DNA of 60,263 bases, filler included. It is 7 parts of 7 records of this genome, joined end to end, with 100 filler letters (N's around TTAATTAATTAA, not from the genome) between each part and the next. Parts side by side here need not be neighbours in the genome. Positions count along the whole stretch, not along the records: positions 5,933 to 15,078 come from SRR31156797_19708; positions 15,179 to 22,830 come from SRR31156797_19718; 5 more parts are not named here. The stretch is one strand, 5' to 3'. Within the stretch, counting starts at the first letter, position 1, and every line of letters starts with the position of its first letter. The notes beneath the pieces are model-generated. The model was not told the DNA's origin, searched no databases, and saw only the letters and a list, made by a program, of their open reading frames with translations. A program made the translations under genes and the position numbers. Shown here in pieces: positions 7,841-18,218 of this stretch.

Positions 7841-10522
7841 TTATTCCACAACTACTTTGTGTGTGGCAACGCCATTTACGCTCTTCACATTCACCACATA
7901 CACGCCGTTTGTGAGGCCTGAAAGATTCACAGGAATCATGGTGGTTCCTGTTTTTGCGGTGGCTTCGGTTTCACGTACAAGCTGCCCGCTCATCGAAGTT
8001 ACCGAAACGGTTACATCGGATTCGGTGTTGGTGAAAAACTCTACCGTTACTTTGTCGCTGGCCGGGTTGGGGAACAGCGAAACGATGTCGAACGGAACTT
8101 CCACCGGCTCGTCAACGCCCACGAGGCTACCGATGAGCTGAATGTTGTCAACAAACACGTTATCACCTTCAGCAAAGAAATTATCATATAACCGGCATGA
8201 GGCCTGCAGCTGCAGTGAGAAATATCCGCCTGCCCATGGCTGGAGGTTGAATTTACGCTCAACAAATGGATCGGAGTTTGTCTCCGGATTGAAATTCAGG
8301 TTCCCGTCAACATCCGGGATTTGTTCAGTTTCGTTAACCAGTACCCTGAACCACGATAATGTGGTGCCAAGACTGTAGGTCTGTTTCAGATCCAATACCA
8401 GGTAAACACCGTCAAGTTCTGTTGCATTTACGTTACAGATATGCGCTGTGGAGTGGAATGCTACATTATCTTCCCAGGCTTGCTCCGGTGATGTGTTGGC
8501 CGGGCCGCCTGACCAACCCTGAAGGTTACTCACACCGGTAAAGTGCAATCCGTAGTCGCCTGTATATGCTGCCCTGGAATCAACCATAATAGCAGCATTT
8601 TCGTTGGCCATGAGTTCCATTTCGCTTGGAGGGCCTGATTCAAACCCATCTTCAAACGGCAGCAGCATACCTGATACATTCATGAAATCTTCATATATTA
8701 ATGCGGTTTCTCCGTTGGCGTTTGAAGCCTCAAAAGTTAAGGTATAAATGCCGGGTTCTGAAAACTGAACGACAGGGTTTTGTGATTCTGCTGTGGTTCC
8801 TTCAACAAATTCATAGGTGTCGGGCTCAAAGCTCCAGTTCCATGATGTAGGTTCGTAGAGCGATTCATCAGTAAACGAAACCGGGGTCATGATACAGGCG
8901 TTGGTTACATCCACCGAAAACATGAGATAAGGGCTCGGTGTGTTGGTAACTTCCACATAATCCTCCTTGGTGATAGTGGTTGTGCCAAATTCGTTGGTTA
9001 CTTCCAGTATAACATCAAATGTGCCTTCCGAGCTGTATGTTACGCTTGGGTTTTGATCGGTTGAAGAGGCTGGTGTGCCGCCCTCAAATGTCCAGCTCCA
9101 TGTTTCTGGTACGCCAAGTGTCATGTCGGTAAAATTAATGTCGCCTCCCGGAAGAATGATGGGAAGGTCTGCTTCAAATTCAGGTACGGGTTCATATGGA
9201 GTTGCCAGAACAGCCTGATATGCATTAATTCTTCCGGCGCCAAGCTGGCCGATATAATCCGGGTTTTGTACGTCGATGTTGTCGCATGTGCTCTCAAGAA
9301 TATCTTCTACCTGGTCAGGCGTGAGTTCCGGGTTAACTGAAAGGATAAGGCTGCAAAGGCCGGATACCATCGGGCAGGCCATTGAAGTGCCGTAAAAGGC
9401 GTCATAATTCCCCAGGGAAGTACTCGAATAAGTCGTGCTCAACAGGCCGTCAGGGCCTGAAGAGCCTGAACCACCCGGAGCAGAAACATCCACTCCGTCG
9501 CTGTAATTTGAGAATGAAGCCTTGCCATCATCTTCATCCGTAGCAGCAACAGAAATTACATGGTTGTAATGTGATGGATAGTGTGCAAGGGAATTATTAT
9601 CATTGCCGGCTGCGGCAACATAAACGATCCCGTTGTTATGCCCTGCATTAATCAGGTTCTGAACAGTTGACGAATATCCGGGGCCACCATATGACATACT
9701 GATAACATGTGCACCATTGTTTTGAGCCCATGACATTCCCGTTTGACCATAAATGCCATTAGGGTTTGAATTGTTGGCAGCTTTAACTGCAATAATGCTT
9801 GTGGTAAATCCAATACCCGCAATCCCAACATCATTATCGGTAATAGCCGTAGCCAGGCCTGAGCAGTGTGTTCCGTGTGACCATTCACCCGGATCACCTG
9901 ATCCAGGAGGATTTGAGCTATTTGTATTGTAAATTACATCACGCTGCAAAATGATCTTATCTGCGAGGTCTGGATGGTCTGCCCAAATGGCATTATCAAC
10001 GATAGCCACATGCACGTCGGGGCTGCCCTGCGTAATATCCCATGCCATTTCAGCCTGGATTTTATCGAGGTGCCAGTTCCAGTTGTTGAGGCCTGTAATC
10101 AGGTTATACAATGGATCGTTTGGCTGGTAATCGACGTATTGAAAAGGAACTTTTTCAGCGTATTCTATTTCAGGCATTTTTTCCAGTTCGGCAATGGCTT
10201 CTTCAAGTCGGGCGTGTTCTTCAATAGTGAATTCGAAAGACCTGAGCAACTTTGGGTCATTGTTATAATCAAACGGGCGTTTTAATGACTTGGCGCCAAA
10301 TTCAGCAATGAATGCGTTGAAATATGTTGCTTCGGCCAGGTCGACTGATTTGTCGTGCGCAACTTTAATGTCAGGATTGTATGTATCTTTAAACTTTACA
10401 TACAATTTGCAGTCCTCGTAATACTTTTCATAATTTTGAGCCTCGGTTTGAACGCTCAGAATTAAAAGCGCAAAGAGTGTGAATAGTAATGATTTAAAAA
10501 TTGTTGAAGTAAATTTCTTCAT
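7841..10522 (-). CDS. S8 subtilisin-like serine peptidase with two PKD domains and a T9SS type A CTD
   Basis: Catalytic triad VAIVDN / HGTHCSG / GTSMACP; PKD repeats (WSWTFEGG..STDQNP); LFPNPA...GVYVV CTD; signal peptide. Confidence 0.93.
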   Translation of the reverse strand: MKKFTSTIFKSLLFTLFALLILSVQTEAQNYEKYYEDCKLYVKFKDTYNPDIKVAHDKSVDLAEATYFNAFIAEFGAKSLKRPFDYNNDPKLLRSFEFTIEEHARLEEAIAELEKMPEIEYAEKVPFQYVDYQPNDPLYNLITGLNNWNWHLDKIQAEMAWDITQGSPDVHVAIVDNAIWADHPDLADKIILQRDVIYNTNSSNPPGSGDPGEWSHGTHCSGLATAITDNDVGIAGIGFTTSIIAVKAANNSNPNGIYGQTGMSWAQNNGAHVISMSYGGPGYSSTVQNLINAGHNNGIVYVAAAGNDNNSLAHYPSHYNHVISVAATDEDDGKASFSNYSDGVDVSAPGGSGSSGPDGLLSTTYSSTSLGNYDAFYGTSMACPMVSGLCSLILSVNPELTPDQVEDILESTCDNIDVQNPDYIGQLGAGRINAYQAVLATPYEPVPEFEADLPIILPGGDINFTDMTLGVPETWSWTFEGGTPASSTDQNPSVTYSSEGTFDVILEVTNEFGTTTITKEDYVEVTNTPSPYLMFSVDVTNACIMTPVSFTDESLYEPTSWNWSFEPDTYEFVEGTTAESQNPVVQFSEPGIYTLTFEASNANGETALIYEDFMNVSGMLLPFEDGFESGPPSEMELMANENAAIMVDSRAAYTGDYGLHFTGVSNLQGWSGGPANTSPEQAWEDNVAFHSTAHICNVNATELDGVYLVLDLKQTYSLGTTLSWFRVLVNETEQIPDVDGNLNFNPETNSDPFVERKFNLQPWAGGYFSLQLQASCRLYDNFFAEGDNVFVDNIQLIGSLVGVDEPVEVPFDIVSLFPNPASDKVTVEFFTNTESDVTVSVTSMSGQLVRETEATAKTGTTMIPVNLSGLTNGVYVVNVKSVNGVATHKVVVE

Positions 10523-10589
10523 GATAATGAGATTTATGTTTATGATTCAATGATTTGACAATCAATATTTATTCAAACGTAAGAAGCCG

Positions 10590-10597
10590 CAAATTTA
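10590..10597 (-). promoter_or_regulatory. Bacteroidota -7 promoter element (TAnnTTTG) for the S8 gene
   Basis: TAAATTTG on the minus strand about 70 nt upstream of the ATG. Confidence 0.55.
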
Positions 10598-10626
10598 TGT
10601 AAATCATTTAAAAATTTATAATAAAA

Positions 10627-11880
10627 ATGAAAATACTGATCAGGAATATCAAAGAACTGGTGCAGGTTGAAACGGTACCCAAATTAAAAGTTTCAGGAAG
10701 TGAAATGGCGTCACTGGAAACCATCAAAAATGCTTTCATCCTCGTTGAAGATGGAAAAATAGCAGACTTCGGCATGATGGATGATATTGCCGCCTCGCAT
10801 AAGGTAGCAGCTTCTTCAGATGCCCTTGAGGTAGATGCAACCGGTAAAATGGTCTTTCCTTCGTTTTGTGATTCGCACACCCACCTGGTTTATCCTGAAA
10901 GCCGTGAGATTGAGTATGTGGATAAGATCAAAGGCCTGTCATACGAAGAGATCGCCAAACGTGGAGGAGGTATTTTGAATTCCGCCCGCCGCATGCAGGA
11001 AGTTACAGAGGATGAACTGGTAGAGTCTGCTCTGGGCAGGCTGAATGAGACCATGGCATACGGAACCGGTGCCGTTGAAATTAAAAGTGGTTACGGCCTT
11101 ACTCCTGATACAGAGCTTAAAATGCTGCGTGTGATCCGGAAATTAAAAGAACTGTCACCACTCACCATCGTTGCAACATTTCTCGGGGCTCACGCTGTTC
11201 CCATGGAATACAAGAAGAACCAAAGCGAGTATGTTGATTTGGTGATCAACGAAATGATCCCCCTGGTGGCTTCCGAAGAACTGGCGGATTATATTGATGT
11301 TTTTTGTGATCGTGGATTCTTTACCGTTGAAGACACCGACCGCATCCTGAATGCCGGCATGAAATATGGCCTGCGCCCAAAAATCCACGCCAACGAACTG
11401 GATTATTCCGGTGGTATCCAGGTGGGGGTAAAATACAACGCACTTTCTGTTGATCACCTCGAATTTACAGGACCTGAAGAAATAGCGGCTTTGCGCGATT
11501 CTGAAACGATGCCCACAGTTTTGCCGGGTGCAGCATTTTTCCTGAATATGAAATATGCCCCGGCCCGCGAAATGATTGATGCCGGGCTGCCGGTGGCCAT
11601 GGCCAGCGACTTTAACCCAGGGTCCTCACCATCCGGAAATATGCAACTCATCCTTTCGATGGCCAGCATACTTTACCGCCTTACACCCGAAGAAGGGATC
11701 AATGCCACCACCATTAACACAGCTTATGCCATGGGCCTGAGCGATGAACTGGGCAGCATCGCCATTGGAAAAAAAGCCAATCTTTTCATCAGCTCAAAAA
11801 TTCCTAACCTGGAGTTTATGCCATATTACTATGGATCGAATAAAGTGGAGCGGGTGATGATAAACGGGGAGTTTAAATAG
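10627..11880 (+). CDS. hutI: Imidazolonepropionase
   Basis: DSHTHLV, GGGI, EIKSGYGL, TFLGAH, KIHANEL, SVDHLE, SDFNPGSSP. Confidence 0.96.
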   Translation: MKILIRNIKELVQVETVPKLKVSGSEMASLETIKNAFILVEDGKIADFGMMDDIAASHKVAASSDALEVDATGKMVFPSFCDSHTHLVYPESREIEYVDKIKGLSYEEIAKRGGGILNSARRMQEVTEDELVESALGRLNETMAYGTGAVEIKSGYGLTPDTELKMLRVIRKLKELSPLTIVATFLGAHAVPMEYKKNQSEYVDLVINEMIPLVASEELADYIDVFCDRGFFTVEDTDRILNAGMKYGLRPKIHANELDYSGGIQVGVKYNALSVDHLEFTGPEEIAALRDSETMPTVLPGAAFFLNMKYAPAREMIDAGLPVAMASDFNPGSSPSGNMQLILSMASILYRLTPEEGINATTINTAYAMGLSDELGSIAIGKKANLFISSKIPNLEFMPYYYGSNKVERVMINGEFK

Positions 11881-11906
11881 ATTGTGTCATTTATTTGGTA
11901 AATGCT

Positions 11907-11914
11907 TATTTTTG
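11907..11914 (+). promoter_or_regulatory. Bacteroidota -7 promoter element for the H-NOX operon
   Basis: TATTTTTG 25 nt upstream of ATG 11939. Confidence 0.55.
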
Positions 11915-11938
11915 AAAGATTAATAAATCAGCCTAAAA

Positions 11939-12481
11939 ATGAAAGGTATCATTTTTACAGAGTTTATCGAAATGGTGGAAGATAAGTTTGGCTTTGAAGT
12001 TTCCGAACATATCATCACCAATGCACACCTGCCATCAGGAGCTGCTTATACCGCTGTAGGGACATATGATTTTGACGAAATGGCGCAGCTGGTTACCAAC
12101 CTGAGTAAAAAAACTGGGCTTGAAATACCCAAACTGCTTTTTGTGTTTGGTGAGCATTTGTTCGGCAGGTTTTTTAATGTTTACCCCCACTTTTTTAAAG
12201 GTAAAAAAGATACATTTGAATTTCTGGGTAATATTGAAGATTATATCCATGTTGAGGTGAAAAAACTCTATCCCGATGCGCAACTGCCAATTATTGGCAC
12301 TTCCGTTTCCGGCGATGGAAACAAAATGACCATGGTATATAAAAGCAAGCGTAAGCTGGGTGACCTTGCACTTGGCCTGATAAACGGTTGCATCAAACAT
12401 TTTAAGGAAAAAATTGAAATTGAAAAAAGCAAGGTTGATGATGATGGTGGAGAGGTTACATTTACCCTGACCAAAAAATAA
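11939..12481 (+). CDS. Heme NO-binding (H-NOX/HNOB) protein
   Basis: MKGIIFTEF N-terminus, YTAVGTY, IHVEVKKLYPDA (proximal His) and the YxSxR heme motif (YKSKR). Confidence 0.9.
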   Translation: MKGIIFTEFIEMVEDKFGFEVSEHIITNAHLPSGAAYTAVGTYDFDEMAQLVTNLSKKTGLEIPKLLFVFGEHLFGRFFNVYPHFFKGKKDTFEFLGNIEDYIHVEVKKLYPDAQLPIIGTSVSGDGNKMTMVYKSKRKLGDLALGLINGCIKHFKEKIEIEKSKVDDDGGEVTFTLTKK

Positions 12482-12498
12482 TTCTACGAAACAACAGT

Positions 12499-13860
12499 AT
12501 GGATGAACTGGAGGCCGTAAAAAGCGCATTAAACCGGGAAAGGGCTGCACGAAAGCATGCCGAAAGCGTGATCGAGAAAAAGTCGCTTGAGATTTATCAG
12601 GCCAATCAGGAGTTGAAGCAGCTTAACAACTCACTTGAGCAAAAAATCCGGGAGCGAACCAGTCAAATAGAAGCATCGAGGCAGCAGTTGTTGAAAGCAA
12701 AAGAAGAAGCCGAGCGCTCAACCAAAGCAAAATCTTTGTTCCTTTCCAACATGAGCCACGAAATCCGGACACCCCTCAACGGTATCATCAGCATTACCGA
12801 AATCATGTTGCGCGAAACCGGTGAAAACAATATCAGGGATATGCTCAACACAGTTAAATATTCAGCCGATCACCTGCTGGGGATTATCAACGATATTCTT
12901 GACTTTTCTAAAATTGAATCCGGTAAAATGACTTTCGAAAAAATTTCGTTTAACCCAAAGGAACTGGTTGACAACCTGATGAAGGTGATGCAGTTCAAAG
13001 CCGACGAAAAGGATATCAAATTTAAGTTGGATTGGGATGACAAAATTCCCCAAAACCTGATTGGCGATAAAGTAAAACTTAACCAGATATTGACAAATTT
13101 GCTCGGCAATGCGTTTAAATTTACGGATCAGGGCCATGTTGATCTTTCGGTAAAAAACTTGGGGCGAAGTTCATCAGAAATGGTAAAACTCGAATTCATC
13201 GTTTCGGATAGTGGTATAGGGATTCCGGTAGATAGAATGGAAAGTGTTTTTGAGAGTTTTACACAATCTGCACAATCCATCACACGAAAATTTGGAGGAA
13301 CGGGCCTTGGGCTTACAATCACGAAACGACTTGTGGAACTGCAGGGTGGAACCATTCACGTGCAAAGCAGTGAAAATAGAGGCTCTGTATTTACCGTTGC
13401 CCTGGATTATCAGGTTTCCAAAATGAAAGCAAAAATTCAGAAAAAAATTTCAATTCAGGATCGTAAAGAGCTGGCGGGAATGCGAATATTGATCGTAGAA
13501 GACAACCAGGTAAACCAGTTTGTGGCTGTTAAAATCCTCAAAAACTGGGGTATCCAATCGATGATCTGCGAGAACGGGGTTGAAGCCATAAAGCTGCTCA
13601 GCAAAGAAACTTTTGATCTTATCCTGCTTGATCTTCACATGCCACTGATGGATGGTTACGAAACCTGCACCATCATACGCGATAAAAAGTCTCCTGTGAT
13701 TGATCACAATGTTCCGGTAATCGCACTCTCTGCCGATGCATTCACAGAAAACCGGCAGCGCATCCTTGATGTAGGTATGAACGATTTCTCCACCAAACCT
13801 ATCAATCAGGCAGAACTGTTCAATAAAATGTACGCATTACTAAAAAGCCAGGGTGAATAA
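12499..13860 (+). CDS. Cytoplasmic hybrid histidine kinase (coiled coil-HisKA-HATPase-REC)
   Basis: FLSNMSHEIRTPLNG, NLLGNAFKFT, DSGIGI, GGTGLGL; receiver domain VEDN..DLHMP..KP. Confidence 0.95.
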   Translation: MDELEAVKSALNRERAARKHAESVIEKKSLEIYQANQELKQLNNSLEQKIRERTSQIEASRQQLLKAKEEAERSTKAKSLFLSNMSHEIRTPLNGIISITEIMLRETGENNIRDMLNTVKYSADHLLGIINDILDFSKIESGKMTFEKISFNPKELVDNLMKVMQFKADEKDIKFKLDWDDKIPQNLIGDKVKLNQILTNLLGNAFKFTDQGHVDLSVKNLGRSSSEMVKLEFIVSDSGIGIPVDRMESVFESFTQSAQSITRKFGGTGLGLTITKRLVELQGGTIHVQSSENRGSVFTVALDYQVSKMKAKIQKKISIQDRKELAGMRILIVEDNQVNQFVAVKILKNWGIQSMICENGVEAIKLLSKETFDLILLDLHMPLMDGYETCTIIRDKKSPVIDHNVPVIALSADAFTENRQRILDVGMNDFSTKPINQAELFNKMYALLKSQGE

Positions 13861-14335
13861 AATGGAAGAAAACCAGTTTTTGAAATACAGCCACGATTCC
13901 GGATTTCTACATCATATCAGCAACACATTATGCGACGCAATATGTGTGGTGAACAAGGATATCGAAATTGTTTATCACAATGTGGAGTTTGCAGAGATGT
14001 TTGGTGAACCCGGTAAGGAATTGACGGGTAAACGTTTTGGCGAATCAATCAGTTGCAGGGGACACGAAAAAATGTATCCTGACAGCATATGTAACAATTG
14101 TAAACTCAGGTTATCCATGCTTGCTACAATTGTATCAGGATCCAACCAGGAAAAACAATCGATAGTGCTGGAGATGGAATCCGGTAACAAAGAGGAGTTG
14201 CGTTTGATTCAGTTTAAAAGCAACTTTATGGAATACGAGGGCGAAGAATACGCTGTTGTTGTGATGAACGACCTCACTGATATGGGCAATGAATCGCTGG
14301 AGTTCATCAACCGGTTTTATGAGGAGGGGAATTGA
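13853..14335 (+). CDS. Stand-alone PAS-like protein with Cys cluster
   Basis: DAICVVNKDIEIVYHN..F..MFG...ELTGK PAS pattern, and C-x2-H...CNNCKLR. Confidence 0.7.
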   Translation: MNKMEENQFLKYSHDSGFLHHISNTLCDAICVVNKDIEIVYHNVEFAEMFGEPGKELTGKRFGESISCRGHEKMYPDSICNNCKLRLSMLATIVSGSNQEKQSIVLEMESGNKEELRLIQFKSNFMEYEGEEYAVVVMNDLTDMGNESLEFINRFYEEGN

Positions 14336-14636
14336 TTTTTGTTCAGGATGTGTTTTCAAAGCATTGGGGTTCTTAAATATATAATCTACGATATATATAT
14401 TGTGAACTTATCCATAATTTAGGCAAACTTGTCAGGGTAGCAATCTGATTTTCGGAGGGAACATAAGATCGCTTCAAACCTTTTGGGTATTTTGATAGTA
14501 TTTGGTCAATTATTTCGAATCATCGATTTTTTATAAGGTATGCATTCTGATATCTTTTTATAATACTGGCTGAAGTCAATATATTTGAAATTCGTATATC
14601 TGATTTTCTAACGATCTATTACTCCGACAAAATATT

Positions 14637-14644
14637 TACCTTTG
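14637..14644 (+). promoter_or_regulatory. Bacteroidota -7 promoter element for ssrA
   Basis: TACCTTTG about 40 nt upstream of the mature tmRNA 5' end. Confidence 0.6.
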
Positions 14645-14681
14645 CAGGCCCGTTTTTTAGGGGGACGTTCATTTACATATT

Positions 14682-15078
14682 GGGGCTGACCGGTTTTGAC
14701 AGCAAGGAAGTGGTATAGTAAGCATGCCGGGCATTGGGAATGTGGCTCGTTAATAACTATTCCTAAAGCCATAACTGGCAACACAAATTATGCTCTCGCA
14801 GCGTAATCGAAGTATAGTAGATTACAGCTTAATCCCAACTCAAGGAGTTCGGGACGAGACTCTCCGCAGGCGGACATGCCTTGTTCCTGCCTGATAACGG
14901 GGTGACGCAAAACAGGGCTAGTCAGATGCAGGCTTCGGGCATCTGGCGAAACTTAAGAAGCTAAGGTTCAGGTTGGGTGTTTGTCCTCTGCCTGCTCCCG
15001 ACAATTAATGGCAAAATAAGCATGTAGAAAGCTCTATTGCTGCTTGTTTGGACCAGGGTTCGACTCCCTGCAGCTCCA
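14682..15078 (+). ncRNA. ssrA: tmRNA; tag (A)GNTNYALAA encoded at 14777-14806
   Basis: 5' GGGGCTGACCGGTTTTGAC; 3' T-arm and acceptor GGACCAGGGTTCGACTCCCTGCAGCTCCA; ATAACT precedes the resume codon; tag ends YALAA*. Confidence 0.97.
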
Positions 15079-15178
15079 NNNNNNNNNNNNNNNNNNNNNN
15101 NNNNNNNNNNNNNNNNNNNNNNTTAATTAATTAANNNNNNNNNNNNNNNNNNNNNNNNNNNNNNNNNNNNNNNNNNNN
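15079..15178. other. Artificial contig linker
   Basis: N-run with TTAATTAATTAA. Confidence 0.99.
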
Positions 15179-15710
15179 AATCCTGCATAAACCACTCTTC
15201 TTTAACAATTTCACCTTTATTTTTAAGCTCTTCAATAAAATGCTTTCTTCCAATTCCTCCGAGGATCTTTCCATCAGCTGGCGGAGTCAGATAACCATCT
15301 TCAGTTTTCACAAAAACATTGGTATAACTTCCCTCAAGAACAAAACCTGTCCTTTTTTCAATTAGAATGATCTCTTCACCAGCATTTTCAGTGTGTGATC
15401 TATGTGGCCAAACTTTTTTATCACCCTGGGGAAGATCAATTTCTTTGAGTTTTAAACTAAGTGGTTTTGCAAGATCAGCAAAAGGCTCTAAAGTTGTTTC
15501 AAGAGCACCATCTTCATGAAGAATTATCCTCAGTCGCGCGTCTTTAAGATTATTGTTTTCTAGAGCAACTTTCACAACGTCAACAACAGTTTTTTCATCC
15601 ATCTTAACTTTAAAAAAGTCCGCTCCATTTAGAATTCTCTCAACATGATCGTCAAGCCAAATGGCCTTAAAGTTATCAATTCTTAAAGTTGTAAAGAGCG
15701 CCTTACTCAA
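15179..15710 (-). CDS. pabC: Aminotransferase class IV / aminodeoxychorismate lyase, 3' truncated
   Basis: LFTTLR, HVERI, VLEGSYTNVF, LTPP...ILGGIGR; overlaps the pabB stop. Confidence 0.75.
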
Positions 15711-17016
15711 ATTTTATCTCCACATCATCAAAAATGTTCAAAAAAGCCCTTAATTTGACCAGAGTTTCTTCAAATTCCATTTGCGGATCGCTTTTCCAGG
15801 TTATTCCGCCACCAGTTGAATAGATGAGAGTGTCACCAACTCTCTGAACTGTCCTAATCGGTATATTAAACGTGGCTTTACCGTTCAGTCCGCAAAAACC
15901 GATCGCTCCCGTATAAATATTTCTTCTGTATTTTTCGAGATCTCCGATAATCCGCATCGCACTTTCTTTTGGTGCACCTGTGATCGAACCCCCGGGAAAA
16001 ATTGATCTAAAAAGTTCTGCTCTCCTTGATTTATCTATCTCACCAGTTACGGAAGAATAAAGATGAAAAAGAGTTGGAAACTCCATGATGCGTGCATGGA
16101 AATCAACATTAACAGAACCAGGTTGGGCGATCTTTCCAATATCGTTCCTCACAAGATCAACAATCATTGCAAGTTCAGCACGGTCTTTCTCACTGTTCTC
16201 AAGTTCATTTTTCAGTCTTGAATTTTCAGCTTCTTCATCAACTTTCTTGATCGTCCCTTTTATGGGAAAACTACTGACTTTATTAAAGTTATCGAATTTG
16301 AGCAGACACTCCGGAGAAATGGAAAGAACCTCAACATTTTCACTGTTAAAATACACAGCATAATCAACATGATTTTTTGAAAGATAACGATCAAAAAGAA
16401 TCCATGAAGGAGTCTTTGTGTTAATTTTGACAGGATATGTAAAACTTATCTGATAAACATCGCCCTCTCCTATCAGTCTCCTGATCTCATCAATTGATCT
16501 TAGATAACTATCTTTTGAGATCAGCGCATTAGCTTCAACCCTTTCTTCGCTTGATCCAGTTTCAGGAACCAGCCGATCTAATTCTTTGATATATTCTTCA
16601 ATTCTTTCATCCATCGGAGTTTTTGAAAAATCCGCGTCAATAACAACAAGCTCAGCAACCATTTTTTGATTATCAACAACCAGAAAACTGTCGCTATAAA
16701 CAAAGAAGTGATCAGGAATTTCAATTCCATCAGGAGATTGTTCATTCCCAAAGTTATTCATAAACTCATAGCTGAAAAATCCCGAAAAAACAGGAAGAGG
16801 AAACTCCGTTTCAGCCATTTCATCATAGTTGAAGATCTTCTCAACAACATCACCTTCAACAATTCCAACCGGATTAAGAACAACAATAGAATATCTGCCA
16901 TGAGAATCATCCAGACCGCTGCTATAAAATAGTATCCTGTTCTTCACCCGCGAAGTCAGATAACTAAGCTTTTTAAGGTTGGGAACTGTCTTAAGCTCCA
17001 ATCTTTTAATATCCAA
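15703..17016 (-). CDS. pabB: Aminodeoxychorismate synthase component I (chorismate-binding)
   Basis: GDVYQ, SISPE, PIKGT, EKDRAELAMIVDLVRND, FPGGSITGAPK; TTG start after GGAGG. Confidence 0.88.
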   Translation of the reverse strand: MDIKRLELKTVPNLKKLSYLTSRVKNRILFYSSGLDDSHGRYSIVVLNPVGIVEGDVVEKIFNYDEMAETEFPLPVFSGFFSYEFMNNFGNEQSPDGIEIPDHFFVYSDSFLVVDNQKMVAELVVIDADFSKTPMDERIEEYIKELDRLVPETGSSEERVEANALISKDSYLRSIDEIRRLIGEGDVYQISFTYPVKINTKTPSWILFDRYLSKNHVDYAVYFNSENVEVLSISPECLLKFDNFNKVSSFPIKGTIKKVDEEAENSRLKNELENSEKDRAELAMIVDLVRNDIGKIAQPGSVNVDFHARIMEFPTLFHLYSSVTGEIDKSRRAELFRSIFPGGSITGAPKESAMRIIGDLEKYRRNIYTGAIGFCGLNGKATFNIPIRTVQRVGDTLIYSTGGGITWKSDPQMEFEETLVKLRAFLNIFDDVEIKFE

Positions 17017-17151
17017 ATTGCGCCTCCTTGATCTGAGGCAAGAATATCAGATTTAAGATGTTTTGCAATTGAACTGAGAATATTTGACAAACCTCATTTT
17101 ATAATACTAAACTCCCCTTGTAGGTGGTTATTAAAATCAATGGAGGATAAT

Positions 17152-18072
17152 ATGAAAAAAGTTTTGCTCGCAACTGTTAAACCCTTTGCTCCAAAGGCAG
17201 TTGTTGAAATTGAAAAGATCTTTGGTGATGCTGGTTATGAACTTGTTAAACTTGAATCTTATGGTGATGTAAGTGAGTTTAAAGAAGCAGTAAAAGATGC
17301 CCAGGGACTTATTATTAGAAGTGATAAAGTTACAAAAGAAATTATTGATGGTGCTCAGCAGCTTAAAATAGTTATCAGAGGCGGAGCCGGTTACGACAAT
17401 GTTGACTGTGCTGCAGCAACTGAAAAAGGCGTTACAGTTATGAATACTCCTGGTCAGAATTCTAATGCAGTTGCTGAACTTGCAATGGGAATGGCAGTTT
17501 ACGCTGCAAGAAACCTTTACAACCCAAAAGCAGGTACAGAGCTTCTTGGCAAAAAGATCGGAATACACGCTTACGGAAACGTTGGAAAACACGTTGCAAG
17601 AATAGCAAAAGGTTTTGGAATGGAAGTTTATGCTTTTGATCCTTTTATTGAAAGATCATCGATCGAAGCAGATGGTGTTAAAGCAGTTGACAGCGCTGAA
17701 GAACTTTACTCAATTTGCAATTACATCTCTTTACATATTCCTGCAAATGACAAAACAAAGAAGTCTATCCATAAAAAACTTCTCGCTTCAATGCCACAAG
17801 GCGCAACTGTGATCAATACAGCAAGAAAAGAAGTAGTTTGCGAAGATGGTCTTAAAATGGTTCTTGCTTCAAGACCTGATTTCAAATACCTCTCAGACAT
17901 TGCTCCGGTTACTGCTGAAGAACTTGAGAAAGAGTTCGCTGGACAGGTTTTCTTCACACCGAAAAAGATGGGAGCACAGACAAAAGAAGCAAATATCAAT
18001 GCTGCAAAAGCTGCTGCGACTCAGATCGTAGATTTCTTTGAAAAAGGCGACATAACTTTTAAAGTTAATTAG
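17152..18072 (+). CDS. serA: D-3-phosphoglycerate dehydrogenase-like protein (short form, Lys-type active site)
   Basis: IRGGAGYDNVD, NTPGQNSNAVAE, INTARKE, TPKKMGAQT; GGAGG precedes ATG 17152. Confidence 0.8.
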   Translation: MKKVLLATVKPFAPKAVVEIEKIFGDAGYELVKLESYGDVSEFKEAVKDAQGLIIRSDKVTKEIIDGAQQLKIVIRGGAGYDNVDCAAATEKGVTVMNTPGQNSNAVAELAMGMAVYAARNLYNPKAGTELLGKKIGIHAYGNVGKHVARIAKGFGMEVYAFDPFIERSSIEADGVKAVDSAEELYSICNYISLHIPANDKTKKSIHKKLLASMPQGATVINTARKEVVCEDGLKMVLASRPDFKYLSDIAPVTAEELEKEFAGQVFFTPKKMGAQTKEANINAAKAAATQIVDFFEKGDITFKVN

Positions 18073-18218
18073 TCAGACCAAAAATCCCCTTAAATTTCAT
18101 AATATTACCAGAATCCTTTAAAAACATTTAAATACGTGCAAATTTACGAATCAGGTCGCAATCATACTTGATAATGATATAATGACCCTGTTGTGTTGTA
18201 ACTTTCAAGGAGGAACTT

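Noticed and set aside
7762-7851. N-terminal extension of the SprA-like ORF (start 7851)
   Set aside because: It spans the terminator and overlaps the S8 stop; the signal peptide begins at 7761.
14336-14630. AT-rich 300-nt spacer before ssrA as an sRNA or small gene
   Set aside because: No convincing ORF, stem or repeat was found.
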